Positions 38,321 to 50,042 of a stretch of 64,000 nucleotides of DNA are shown here, one piece after another. Location of the stretch: contig NC_058368.1 in NCBI RefSeq assembly GCF_018350175.1, forward strand, positions 96,536,001 through 96,600,000, given 5' to 3'. Both the position numbers and the translations under genes were made by a program. The notes under the pieces were generated by a model. The model did not search any database and was not told the DNA's origin. It saw nothing but the letters and a program-made list of their open reading frames with translations. This DNA is from Felis catus. Its lineage: Eukaryota. The stretch's first letter is position 1. Every line of letters starts with the position of its first letter.

Positions 38321-38439
38321 GTGAGAAAATATTCTGTACACAGAGCCTAAATGGAAGCTGTTCACTGTTCCAATTTATTCCCCTATTTCCACTTACATTA
38401 ACCTTCAAGAAGTAGCTGGCCCTCCTCAAAGATTTAAAA

Positions 38440-39900
38440 AAAAAAAAGTATCATGCCTATATATAAGAGGTACTAAGCAGCAGAAAGCAAAACAAAATCC
38501 CGGAAAAAATAAAAAGAAAAGAACATACATGAAAAGTAGACAAAAGGTCTACAATATAAGAAGAATACCTTAGAGAATAAAAAATGAATTCAAGGAAATA
38601 GATGTGTATCATCTCAACTGAAATTAAAGGCATTTGACTTCTCTGTAAAAATGAAAGAAGTCTTTAAGAAAGAGATTACAATTCACAAAAGAAATTAAAT
38701 GAAGGAAGGAGATGGAAAAGAAAAACAAACATATTACACGGGGGTATCCTGTATTACACAGATTAAATAACAGAAAAAAAACATAACTGAAAATAAAGGC
38801 AATGGTACGGAAACAAATATCAGCAAATGCACTTCTTGTCCCTAAAACACAGAAGACAAAGACTGGGAAGCAACGTACCATGTGCCAGAAAAAATAAACA
38901 TAGAACATGGAAGGTGTTCAAATTGGTAGATGAGTAAAAAAAATCACATGCACAATCTAACAGAAAACACATCCTAAACAGTAGGTGAAAAACAAGTCTC
39001 CCTCAGCCTTCTTCACAAGCCCACCCAAAGCCAGAGACAGAAGTAAACAGTTCTTGGCTCAGTATTGTCACCTGAGTGTGCAATCTGGAATTGTAGCTGC
39101 CATTTTGGGACCAAGGGTAGAGCCAAGAGGATAAATCAGCATCCCCCTTGGTAGGAAAAGCTGATGATACCTTCAGTCAACTCTGGATCCTTCCATCCCA
39201 TCTCAATGATAATGTTGTCTTATTGCTTAAGCCACTGTGACTTCACCCTTTGGTCACTTGCTGAAAGCTGCCTACTTGACACAAAATGGACGTGAATATT
39301 AAAGTTCAACCATGTAAAAATACGCATGTCAGTGACACAAACCAGAGTATGAAGATAAAGATAAAAGAGGTTGGAGAAAGTTTAACTGTAGTAACTTCTT
39401 TAGCTCTCATACCTAAAATCCAATAACCACAATCTAGATTTGAAACAATATAGTAATTCCACTCTCAAAATTGGGCTATTTTTTTTCTTTTACTAACATT
39501 ATGGGAATGTTCTGAAAACTAATATTTCTGGCAGTGAAGAAATTGAATATTTTATCAAAATGTTAGCACTTTTTATGTTTCATACCAAATATTTGCTTCT
39601 GTAAAATTCAAAAGAAATTAATGTAATGAGTGAGGAAAATAATATATATACCACAAACTAATATTTTTTTAAATTTTCTTTTCTTTCTATTCTTGAGTTT
39701 TTATACAGAAATAAATGAATTTGGGGCCATCAAATGTTCACACTAGTTATTCCTGGGTAGTGAAAATCTGTGTTGGATTCTTCTTTCTTTTCATTTTTCT
39801 ACTTACCCTAAATAAAGGCAATACTCAAACATATAACACAAAACAAAATAAATAATAAAATGTTACCAAACTGATACAAAACAATAAAATAAAAAAAAAC
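38440..39900 (+). mobile_element. Old L1/HAL1-like remnant with an MLT1-like fragment (~38990-39283)
   Basis: A-rich ORF1-like sequence; MLT 3' motif ttattgcttaagccactg..ggtcacttgc. Confidence 0.5.
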
Positions 39901-40032
39901 TATTAATCATAAAAAGTGAGTTCCTATTTTGAACCCTTACTTTACACTATGTTCCATCATAGAAACATATTACAGACAGGCCATGAGATATTTTACTTCA
40001 CGTGTCATAGTTACACAAAATAATAATACCTA

Positions 40033-40228
40033 GGGGCGCCTGGGTGACTCAGTTGGTTAAGCGTCCCACTCTTGATTTTGGTTCAGGACATGATTTCACA
40101 GTTTGTGAGTTTGAGCCACCCACCAGGCTCTGCACTGACAGTGAGGAGCCTGCTTGAGATTCTTTCTCTTTCCCTCTCTGCCCCTCCCTGGTTTACTCTC
40201 TCTCTCAAAATAGATAAATTTAAAAAAT
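40033..40228 (+). mobile_element. SINEC
   Basis: ggggcgcctgggtgactcag head, CT tract, A tail. Confidence 0.92.
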
Positions 40229-40541
40229 TATAACACTTATAAAAATATATTTTTATATACCAATTTTATACCAACTATTGAGAAAAGAATATGGATGGGA
40301 GATACTGATATTGAACTTAACTACTTGAAAATTTAGGATCATCAATAATTTTAACACTTGATTTTGGAACTCACGTTTCAAGCAAATATATATTTCCTAT
40401 TAGGTTTCCTTAAAAATGGTATAAACATCAAAAAACAGTATAAACATCAAAAAAGTATTTTTAAAAAGAGCAAGTCATATATGGATTCGAGGAACAGGAG
40501 TATTCCTAAAGGAGCTCAAGAAAGCTCCTTACCTGTGACAG

Positions 40542-40683
40542 TGTTTTGTGTTTTTCAATGCTCACCTGGTTACTATTTATCCGTCACGTATCACCTCAAG
40601 CATCGTCTTTAGAAAGGGTCTTTGAAATCTCTGTTTTGGACCCAATGGCTGTGTCATGGTGCCACCTGTCTATCTCTACCCTT
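40542..40683 (+). pseudogene. Pseudo-exon: VFCVFQCSPGYYLSVTYHLKHRL/ERVFEISVLDP/CVMVPPVYLYP (frameshifted)
   Basis: Acceptor ctccttacctgtgacag|T (alternative start at 40601); donor CCTT|gtaaaa; phase 1 at both ends after frameshifts. Confidence 0.55.
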
Positions 40684-40727
40684 GTAAAAAGAAATTATCT
40701 CATTATCTTAAATTATCCATTGAGCTA

Positions 40728-40918
40728 GGATTCCCAAAGCAGGATCCCCAGTCCAGCAGTGTCAACACCACACCACCGAGGAAGTTGTGCAAAATGCACG
40801 TTCTCAGGCTCCACTCCACATGTCCTAACTCCTGAAATCCAATGGCAACCCCAGCAATCTACTGGAACAAGCTCTTGGGTGATTCTGATGTGTACTAGCT
40901 TGAAAGTGCAGGTCTACT
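40728..40918. mobile_element. MER5A-like hAT MITE
   Basis: ccagcagtgtcaacacc..aaatgcacgttctcaggctccac..gtgattctgatg. Confidence 0.65.
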
Positions 40919-41074
40919 GATTTCCCTATAGAAGTTGCCTTCTATATGTAGGGATAGGGTCTTTTCTCATCCATTGCTATATCCCTGAATCCTAGCTTCA
41001 CACCTGTGCCTGGACCTTAACACACAGTCCTTGAAGGCTCAGACTAACAAAAACAGATCCTACAAATAATGAAA

Positions 41075-41310
41075 ATAATAGCTAACTTTTATCACAATGT
41101 TTCAGACATTGTATTCAGCATCTCACATGTGCTTATTCACTGAATTCTCCTAGTATTCCCGTAGAGCAGATGCTATGTAGTGTCTCCATCAGTTCACAGT
41201 AAGGAAAGAGGCAAAGAAAGATTAGGAAACTTTCCTAAGATACACAATCAGCAAACAGCAGAGCCAAGACGTCAGTCCATCTATATTCAGAGCTGGGCCC
41301 CTAATCCCCA
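41075..41310 (-). mobile_element. MIR
   Basis: aataatagctaact..cagacattgtattcagc..cagtaaggaaagaggc. Confidence 0.6.
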
Positions 41311-41404
41311 AATTATGTAAACTCACAATTTGTGGAAATTCTCAGAATAATTACTTTAGATATTTTTTTTTATTCTTCCAGTATCTGAATTTTTCTGAGC
41401 TACT

Positions 41405-41627
41405 TTTATTTTTTTTTTTAAATAAATTTTTAATGTTTTTTTCAGAGGGAGAGACACAGAGCATGAAGTGGGGAGGAACAGAGGTAGAGGGGAACACAGA
41501 ATCTGAAGCAGGCTCCAGGCTCTGAGCTGTCAGCACAGAGCCCAACGCAGGGCTTGAACTCATGAACTGTGAGATCATGACCTCAGCCAAAGTTGGACGG
41601 TTAACCAACTAAGCCACCCAGGTACAC
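41405..41627 (-). mobile_element. SINEC
   Basis: Antisense head and tail. Confidence 0.9.
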
Positions 41628-41735
41628 CACTCCTTTCCTTATAGAATGGTAAATGTATGGCATATAGTTCATGTACCCTTGAACTATTCTCAGCAATTAA
41701 ACTCATAATCATTTTATTCATGGATTTACTCACAG

Positions 41736-42704
41736 TTCTTTTAGAGACCTAGCTCAACAATTTCCTAACGAAGCTCTTGAAGATTCGGTTCCATTTTCTG
41801 GCATGCTAAAACCCTTTGTTGAGCCTTAGCCTCACACCAAAGTCCTGTAGCTACTGAAAATTTGCTGAAAGATCTTAAATTGGTTATTAATCACTGTGCA
41901 ACAAATCAGAACTCAAATGTGCTCATCAGATCCTTTAATAGTTACAGCTCAGGAATTAAAACATATAAATATATGAATGTGTCTTATAAACTACATTAAT
42001 TGAAATTTAGGCTGTCAGTTATAGTTCTATAACAATATTTAAGAAAAAAGGAAATACATTATCAAAGCATAAGTTGGCCACTTTCATAAGACAGCTGAAT
42101 ATACATACACACGAATATGCAAGATAATTTTGTTGTAATAAAGTTAAGACAAGATGTGCCCAAGATGCTCAGGAGCTGTAGTTGGACCATTTCTACCAAA
42201 TTTTACTCGGGGCGAGTGCCTAACACTCAGGTCCTACACATGCACAGCAATTTCTACATGTAAAATTATATCAATTTATTTTCATTTGAAAAAATTGTCA
42301 TTACCCCCCATTTCTTAAAAATGACAAAATCCCAACAGATTAAACTGTTCACCATCTATTGTGAGAACATCTTACAGCACAACAAAGATTTAGTTGAGTA
42401 ATTCAAATTACCACGAGGCTAATTATCGTTTTTATCTTCATTATGCGAGCTGACTATAGCACTTCTTAATTCCATCAATTCCTTTTGGTGCTCTGGCAAA
42501 ACAGCCAGCCTGCAGGTGCTGTGACCGTGGCTCCTGGAATTCTGCCTGATCTCCATCTTCGCATGGTGACATTGCAGCCAGAAAGCAGATTCGATTATGC
42601 TGATGCTGAGCTATGGAAATACTACTCAGTCCAGTAATCTTATAACAGTGCAAAATGTCCATGAACAGCAGCCTGGCAGCACTGTAATTGAGGGTCAGTT
42701 TGAA
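41736..42704 (+). pseudogene. Large pseudo-exon or exon group: ..RDLAQQFPNEALEDSVPFSGMLKPFVEP*..SGAVVGPFLPN..PAGAVTVAPGILPDLHLRMVTLQPESRFDYADAELWKYYS/SNLITVQNVHEQQPGSTVIEGQFE
   Basis: Acceptor atttactcacag (exon start 41736) or gttcttttag (41745); strong donor GAA|gtaagt at 42705, phase 0. Internal introns cannot be excluded. Confidence 0.65.
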
Positions 42705-43046
42705 GTAAGTTTGATTTCATCACATGATGAGGTATTGCCCATGCCAAGAAACTAGTCAAGTGAAGAAGAAAGTAGAAAAAGGGCTCAAAAATATGCAAAC
42801 TGTCAACAATATAAAGAAGAAGAAAGAAAGTGGCCAAAGGAGACGTAACCATTATTCCTCCTTTAGCTGAATAGTTAAGAGGATAAAGCTTTCTAAAGAC
42901 CTGTTACCCTGTTTGCCTATCACTAATTGTCAAAGGAAGGACTGTGGAAATATGAAAAAAAAATGAATTTCCAATTGATTTCTATGGCAACATATGGCAA
43001 TATTCCATGCATGAAGAAAAGTCACTCTATTCTGATTTCTTGACAG

Positions 43047-43325
43047 GTTTACTCTGTAGTTCATGGATCATCTGTCAGAGGGTATGAAGACAGAAACACA
43101 GGATGTGTACTGAATCACTTGAAGAATAAGTATATCAGTCAGCATCTGCTAATTGTATGATGTGTTTCCCACTGGGCTTCTCATTAATCTGAAGGGAAAC
43201 CAGTCCTTGAGAAAACTCTCTGGTTATTGTCTAGAGTTCATAGATAGAAAACAGATACACCTAGATGAGTCACATCAGCTAAAATGGAAGATGGACTGAT
43301 CATATTTTGAACCTGGTTGCTTTGG
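43047..43325 (+). pseudogene. Pseudo-exon: VYSVVHGSSVRGYEDRNTGCVLNHLKNK/LYDVFPTGLLINLKGNQSLRKLSGYCLEFIDRKQIHLDESHQLKWKMD*SYFEPGCF(G)
   Basis: Strong acceptor tattctgatttcttgacag|G; phase 0 matches the previous donor; one frameshift at ~43130-43155 and one TGA; donor TGG|gtaaaa. Confidence 0.8.
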
Positions 43326-43442
43326 GTAAAAACAGGACTTCAAATGAATGAAAATGGCAAAGTATGAAATTCCTAATAATGTATCCCTTTTTTTATCTAA
43401 GTTATATGATGGGTTTTCTTTTTAAAAATATGTTTCAGATAT

Positions 43443-43932
43443 TGTGGTAGGCAGAATTCTAAAATTCACCATCCCCTGGTATACACATCCTACCTAATAT
43501 CCTTCCCTTGAGTGTAGGCAGGACTTGTATTTGAATCTGATAGGTTATTGTAACCAAGGTTAGGTTACTAACAAGTTGGCTTCTAGTTGATCAAAATGGA
43601 CACTATCCTGGGTAGACCTGATCTAATCAGGTAAGCCCTTTAAGAGAAATAGAAGTGTAACTCCTCCTGGCCCAGAAGATTCAGGATCCTGGGTTGTACA
43701 GCTGTGAGGAAATGAAGTCAGCCAACAACCACATGAACTTCCCACGGGATCCAAAGCCCCACGAGACCCCAATTCTAGGTGACACCTTCAATCCAGTTGG
43801 TGCGCAAATGAACAAAAGACCCAGCTTGCCCAGCCCAAACTCCCAACCCACAGAAACTATGAGATAATATCACTGTGTTGTTTTAAGCCACTAAGTTTGT
43901 GGTAATTTATTACACAGAGATAGAAAATTAAG
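43443..43932 (+). mobile_element. MLT1 (MaLR) solo LTR
   Basis: tgtggtaggcagaattctaa start; tgtgttgttttaagccactaagtttgtggtaattt end. Confidence 0.85.
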
Positions 43933-44605
43933 AAAATTTTGTGTTCAAAACTGAGCTCTTCCAAGAGGATTTCTTACAACTACAAAGAGTTCTGCATAAG
44001 TGATGTTTTCCCCTTAGTAAATACTGTTCTCTATTCAGTTTGTCTGACTGAATCTGAATTAAATTTTGGTTCTAATTCTCACTCTGTTTCATCTGTCACG
44101 GCCCAGATATCACTACAAAAGCCTGACTTTTCAGATAAACTGTAAGACCTCAACATTTCAAGTCCTCTGGTTCAATTTTCATTTTTTCTACCATTATAGA
44201 AAATTCCTCCTACATTCTAAAGAAAACCTAAAAAAGTTCAAGGTTCTTTTGTTCAACTGATTTCCTTCAGTTTTTTCTCTTCCTAACTATAAAGGAAAAG
44301 CAAATAAAATTAAGAAAACCAATAAACACAATTATATCTATAAATTATATAGTTACTTTATTTCAGAAAAAAAGTGAAAACATAGGTTTGATATTTAAAG
44401 ATTGTAAAAGGTAAAATTCAGAGTCTTCAACAAAAGACTTCAAATGTAAATTGACTTCCTGATAGAAAAATGGAATCAATGACTTAAGACCTGTATCTTC
44501 TACTATATCAGATAAACCCAGCAAGGGAGGGATCAAATTCAATCCAGAAATGGAAAGGCTGGTAAGAAGAATATATATGTTTGTTGTCCTAAAAAGAAAT
44601 GTATA

Positions 44606-44818
44606 GGGACACCTGGGCAGCTCAGTTGGTTAAGCGTCAGGTCAGGTCATGATCTTGTGGTTTCATGAGTTCGAGCCCTGTGACAGGCTCTGTGCTGACA
44701 GTGCAAAGCCTGCTTGGGATTCTCTGTCTCCATCTCTCTTCCTCTCTCTCTCTCTGCCACTCCCCCACTCTCACTGCCTCTCTCTCAAAAAATAAATAAA
44801 CTTACAAAAATGAAAAAG
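44606..44818 (+). mobile_element. SINEC
   Basis: Head, CT tract, A tail; TSD aaaaagaa(a)tgt. Confidence 0.9.
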
Positions 44819-46644
44819 AATGTTTAGAGTACTCATAAATAGATCTCATGAAGTGTTTTGTACTGTGCAAAAAAACTGTTGAGTTGTATTCACTTATATT
44901 TCAGACAAAGTGACCGAAGAGTAAAATAATCTAATAATCAAAAACTGTCGAACTCTCAAATGTGACAAGTCCTCTACTGCTAACATAGTTAATCTTCATA
45001 ACACAACATTATGAGAATGGTGTGATTATGATATGATCTCTTCAACACTCATACAAGACATGATAACAAAAACAAGTAGAATGGTACTCCACCTATCTGG
45101 TTCCTAACTCTTGATCTGCACTGTTTTAGACAAAAAAAGTTCATGACATTGTCTAGGTGAAGGTCAGATTAGGTCAGGTCAGTGAATAGTGTACCACACT
45201 GAGAAGGAGCTGCAGCATCAGGAAAAGTAAAGGCAAGCCAGATGCTGCATGGGCTTCTCTGAGTTTTCTTTTCTGTCTTAGCCTGGCAAAGATTCTTCCC
45301 TAATGTTCTTCACGCTGTGCTATAGGCAGATATGTACACTCAATTCCTCATTCCTGTCTTCCTGTATGCTTTGTAATCAAAACCAAATTCAGGATTTTGC
45401 ATTTCATAGGCATGTAATGATATGTGGTGACACAAATGCATAAACATACACACAAATATTAGAAACCATGAGACACAATATTTTTAACACTTTATTAAAT
45501 AATTTTACAATTTTTTCACTTGACTGTTTTCCTCTGATGGTGCATAACCAAGGATGAAGCCAACTACAAGGTACTTGCCATTGAAAATGCTTTGCCAATT
45601 CAAGCCCACATCCTGGACCAGAGTTTGTTCAGTGGGATTATTACTCTATAGAGTCCAGCCCATATTAATACCTATTTCCTACATTCTTCTAGGACTGTAT
45701 CTTTAAATGCTCAACATGACTACCATAGTCCATGATTTTACCACTTGAAAGACTAAATAAATCATTCCAGATTCATAGACTGCTAAATCATGATAGCTAT
45801 TTTCAAATATTTTAAATACTATTATGAGAAAAAGAAATTAGGGTGTAATTGTGTGATGCCAAGAAACAGAATTAAGACAATATGTGAAGTTAGATGGAAA
45901 CATCAACAAAGCTGTCCCATGTGGTACTTAATTCGGCAGAGTTTCCCAACTATGAAGGTATTCAAACCACAGCTAGATAAGCATTTCCCAAAGGAGATCC
46001 AGAGAGCCAATCAGCAGTTAACCTTGAATCTAAACACCTTTACCTTCACAAGTACATCCCACAGTGTATCAGGTATACTTAAGTACCAAATAAACATTGG
46101 ACGGTTGAATGAATATAAGTAGGAAACTGTAATGTGTATAAAATGTTAATTGCCACTTATATTTTCAGAATAAATAAATGGTATACCTTTATACTTCGGA
46201 CTTCCACTGTTTTATACAGAGAAATAGCACAAAAAGAAAAATCATAATGCTTTGAACAACAGATAGAAGAGACATCTCTTTATAAAATGGAAACACATAG
46301 GTCATTTTTTATTTCTAGATGGCTGTATATTCTCTAGGCTATACATATAGGCAATCATTTAATAAAAGAGAGAGAGAGCTTCTGATTTGGTTTGAAAATC
46401 CTTTTCTGAAAGCCTTAACAAAAGACTGATATATAACTGGCTACATACTGCATGAGATTTCCCTCATGATATTTCTATATGACTCTCAAATTTCTCACTC
46501 TGTCAAACCTATAATATGCTACAAAGTGAGGGAGATAGTCAAGAGGCAGGCTTATCCTCTTGGGGGGCAGAAGGGGCTTTCAGGATGTTTTAAAGTGTTT
46601 TTAAAGTATTGTAAAACTCGAAATACATCTCTGACACTATTAAG

Positions 46645-46742
46645 ATGATGGGCTATGGACTATCTTCACCACAGGAAGAGCATGAGACATATTTGGACAG
46701 AGTAATTGTATGGAAAGATCCATACATTCCCATGCTGTTTAG
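46645..46742 (+). pseudogene. Probable last coding pseudo-exon: (G)*WAMDY/GLSSPQEEHETYLDRVIVWKDPYIPMLF
   Basis: Acceptor ctctgacactattaag|A; coincides with the start of ORF 46645..47052; position of the ancestral stop uncertain. Confidence 0.55.
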
Positions 46743-47934
46743 AACGATTTTCTCTAAGACCTCCAGTTTCCCTGGATTTGCCACAGCATCAGACATCTAC
46801 CCTGCTGCAGAACTGGATCTGCCAGTAAGTCATGCACCTCTTGCCTTGCTCATCCTGCTAAGTGAATTTTCTGAGAATAAGGTGTCTACAATATGGAGCT
46901 GTCATGCACACTCACTCTCCATGCAAAGAGCTTCTGGAAAGCCACAAGGTAATTGCTCCCTCCTGCTGCTTCTCCATTTAAGAAACTTGAAGATGTCTTG
47001 GAATTCATGCTGTGGGATTATGGCTAGTCTTTCTAAGATTATGCCCATCTGACTGACATTTGTAGCAATCTTTCCAGTGCAGTACAGGCCATCAAAAACC
47101 CACTTTGTCCTGATTTGGAAACATAGAACCAATTACATGAGCTTCAACAATTTTAAAGTAAGGATAATGCAACACACAAGCCACAGCTTCTTTTTTAACT
47201 ATAGAATGTTTTCTGAAATGCCTTCAAGGATACACAAAAACATTAAAACACAAAACTGAGGTTCTTTTGTGCGATGGTAATAGCAAGTGTGGTCACATTG
47301 GAAGTAATATCGTTTCATGACCACAGAAAACAAAACAAAAACTCATTGCACCTTGATTAACTGTCAGGAGAGATGATACATTAAGTGCCATCAAAGACGA
47401 GTTATGAGCACTGGAAGTTGTAAATTTCAACTGCCTTCATCCTACTCTCTGAGACAAAAGTCTCAGTCCTAAATGAACATGAAATCATAATGCTTAACTA
47501 AAGGCCAACTGTGGTTTAACAGGACAAATACTGAATCATCTGGGGACTTTTTAGAGAAACAGATTCTGGAAGCCCTATCCAATTGTCACTGAAATATACT
47601 CTCTGGGGATGTAGTCTAAGAATCTGTATTTTTGGAAAGTGAACTCATTTGGTTCTATTGTTATCCAGCTTCAGAAGCCAAATCAAGTGGATGCTCTGGT
47701 TTGTTGCTCGGATTCTCCCTTCATGAAGAGTCAACCATCCCACAGCTACCACCTCCCTGAGTACAGCCCACATCCAATGACTGGTTGTTGCCATAGGACA
47801 AAGACCTCATATGCATAAGTTGATGTGGGACAACTAAAGGACTAAGAACAAAAGAGTTTCCTTAGAGATTGGATGCTTCTCTCACTCTTTCAGGGTGCTA
47901 TTCCCTGAAGAACTCCTCAGTAGAATGTGTATGT

Positions 47935-49010
47935 GTGTGCATTTGTGTATACACACACACACATATACATACATATGCATACTCTCTAGCTCTGTTCAAT
48001 GAGAGGGCCTGATGGCAGTAACATTCCAAAAGCAATTAACACCCACATTTTGGCTTTCAAATTTCATTCTCAGCTTAGAGGCAATGGAATACTTAGAGAA
48101 ATGATGGATTCAAGGGCTGGGGAATATAAAATACAAGATGAGTCTAGAACATCTTTTTAGACAAAAGTGACCAATACTCAAAATGATGAGACATATCAAA
48201 AGAACACAGAAATCAGTTTGAAGGAGTTCCATTAGAAGAATTTGAGCATCAACGTAAATACTTATGGTAACAAAACAAGTGAATAAAATAGGAATTTGTG
48301 AGTATACAAACAATATAAATAAATGAATTAAACATTGAAAATTAGATTAAAAGTTGGATATTTGTTTAGACTCAAAGCATATCCCAACAAAATATTAACA
48401 CCAAAGAGGTAAAGAATAACTTTACAGTGGAGAAGCTCTTCAAATATCAAATTACTCAAACAATAGGACAAATCAAATATGTATGCTACATGATATTGAT
48501 ATGATGAATAACAGTATCACTTCTTTGACATTCCTGCTGAAACTGCACACTGTAAAACCCAAATCCAACCATGAAGAAACATCAGATAACCCCAGATTGA
48601 GAAACATCCTATAAAATAAATCACCTGTAATCTTCAAAAGTATCAGTATTATGAGGGGAAGAAAAGACTGAAGAACTATTCCAGATTAGAGAACACTAAA
48701 AAGACATGACAGTAACACATAATTGAACTGAATTTTATTGCCCTGAATACCACTTTTAAAGGCCATTATTGGGACAATTGGTAAAATGTGGGCGGAGTAT
48801 AAGGATTAGATTGTAGCAATGTTTCAGTTGTAATTTCCTGGTTTGGATGGCTGTGCTGAGGTCATATAGGAGAATGCCCTTGGCTTTAACAAATGTAAAA
48901 CATATTTGGGAGTGATGAGACCTTCTATTGGCAACTTGCTCCCCAAAGTTTCTTTTTATTGTTCTTGAAAGTGTTAGACCAAATAAAAACTTTTTAGCTA
49001 AATTTAAATT
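47935..49010 (+). mobile_element. L1MC/L1MD-type 3'UTR inserted in the 5' LTR
   Basis: gagagggcctgatggcagtaacattcc..caagggctggggaatataaaatacaagatgagtctagaacatct. Confidence 0.7.
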
Positions 49011-49789
49011 ACACATTATGAGATGTGGGAACTCTAATACCTTCCAGACTATATACAACGAGGAACCAACTGCGTAAAACAGGAAATACTGATAGCTCCT
49101 GGCCTACTACAAAAAAACACTGTTAAATCGTCACTGAAGTTGAACTGGGATGCTTTGCGAAGCCAAAGAAAAGCACTGGTGGACATGTTGTCTCAAGCAC
49201 TGGAGAGATTCAGAGGTAATAATTACAAGAATATTGGGATTAGAGAGCTATTGGTAAACACTATGATTGCACTGAATACAGGGGAAGGCTGAGGGTGATT
49301 AGTTATTAATTTAAGTGTTGAGTGTGAAAGTCAGAGACACCAGGAAAGTACTATAATGTGACGCAAGGGCTATGTCAACTCTCCCACCCTGAATAACAAT
49401 AGAGTACAAAAGGATTTGAACTACCTGAATATCTTACAGAACATTACATTGGTCTACTATGTAGTAGATAACTTATATGTCATTTGAAAAAAAAATACTT
49501 TTTTGGAATGTTCCTCAGCCTTGAGAGTGAATCTAATACTTGAGCCTAAGGTCAGGAGGAGGATTTTATTAGATGCATCAAGCATAAGGTCAGATGGGCC
49601 CACCAGCATGATAGGGAAAGGTTGGTGGAAGAAAAAGACCAAACTTGTGTCATGGATAGGCTATCGCAGTAAGTATGTTCAAGCCCCCAAATGACTAATA
49701 CTAAATGGCAGCTCAACTCACGATGCCTTTAAAGGACAGCCGTGAGGAGAAATCCTCCAATGGGCAATGATAAGAATATTAATGAATTT

Positions 49790-49961
49790 GGGGGTACCTG
49801 GGGGTGCTCAGTAGGTTAAGTATCTAACTTTTAATTTCAGTTCAGGTAGTGATCCCAGGGTCATGGGATCAAGCCCCATGCTGCACTCTGCACTAACCAT
49901 GGAGCCTGTTTAAGATTCTCTCTCCCTTGCCCCTCTTCCCCCCACTCCTTATCTCTCTCAA

Positions 49962-50029
<68 letters not shown>

Positions 50030-50042
50030 GAAAAGAAAAGGA
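49790..50042 (+). mobile_element. SINEC with (GAAA)n tail
   Basis: TSD aata(t/c)taa(t/c)g(a/g)atttgg. Confidence 0.88.

Larger units (their letters stand above)
1..46742 (+). pseudogene. Decayed multi-exon (unprocessed) pseudogene of a large uncharacterised protein; 5' part lies upstream of the window
   Basis: About 18 non-repetitive segments bounded by polypyrimidine-AG acceptors and GT (one GC) donors. Intron phases mostly chain between neighbours, including five phase1-phase1 exons whose lengths are multiples of 3 (129, 198, 183, 150, 183 nt). Translations are protein-like but interrupted by stops and frameshifts. Confidence 0.8.

Noticed and set aside
40566..40680. Minus-strand exon candidate (MTQPLGPKQRFQRPFLKTMLEV..)
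   Set aside because: All frames are closed and it overlaps a + strand pseudo-exon.
46645..47052. 135-aa ORF as a standalone gene
   Set aside because: It starts exactly at a splice acceptor; only the first ~30 codons fit the relic's last exon and the rest looks like chance run-on.
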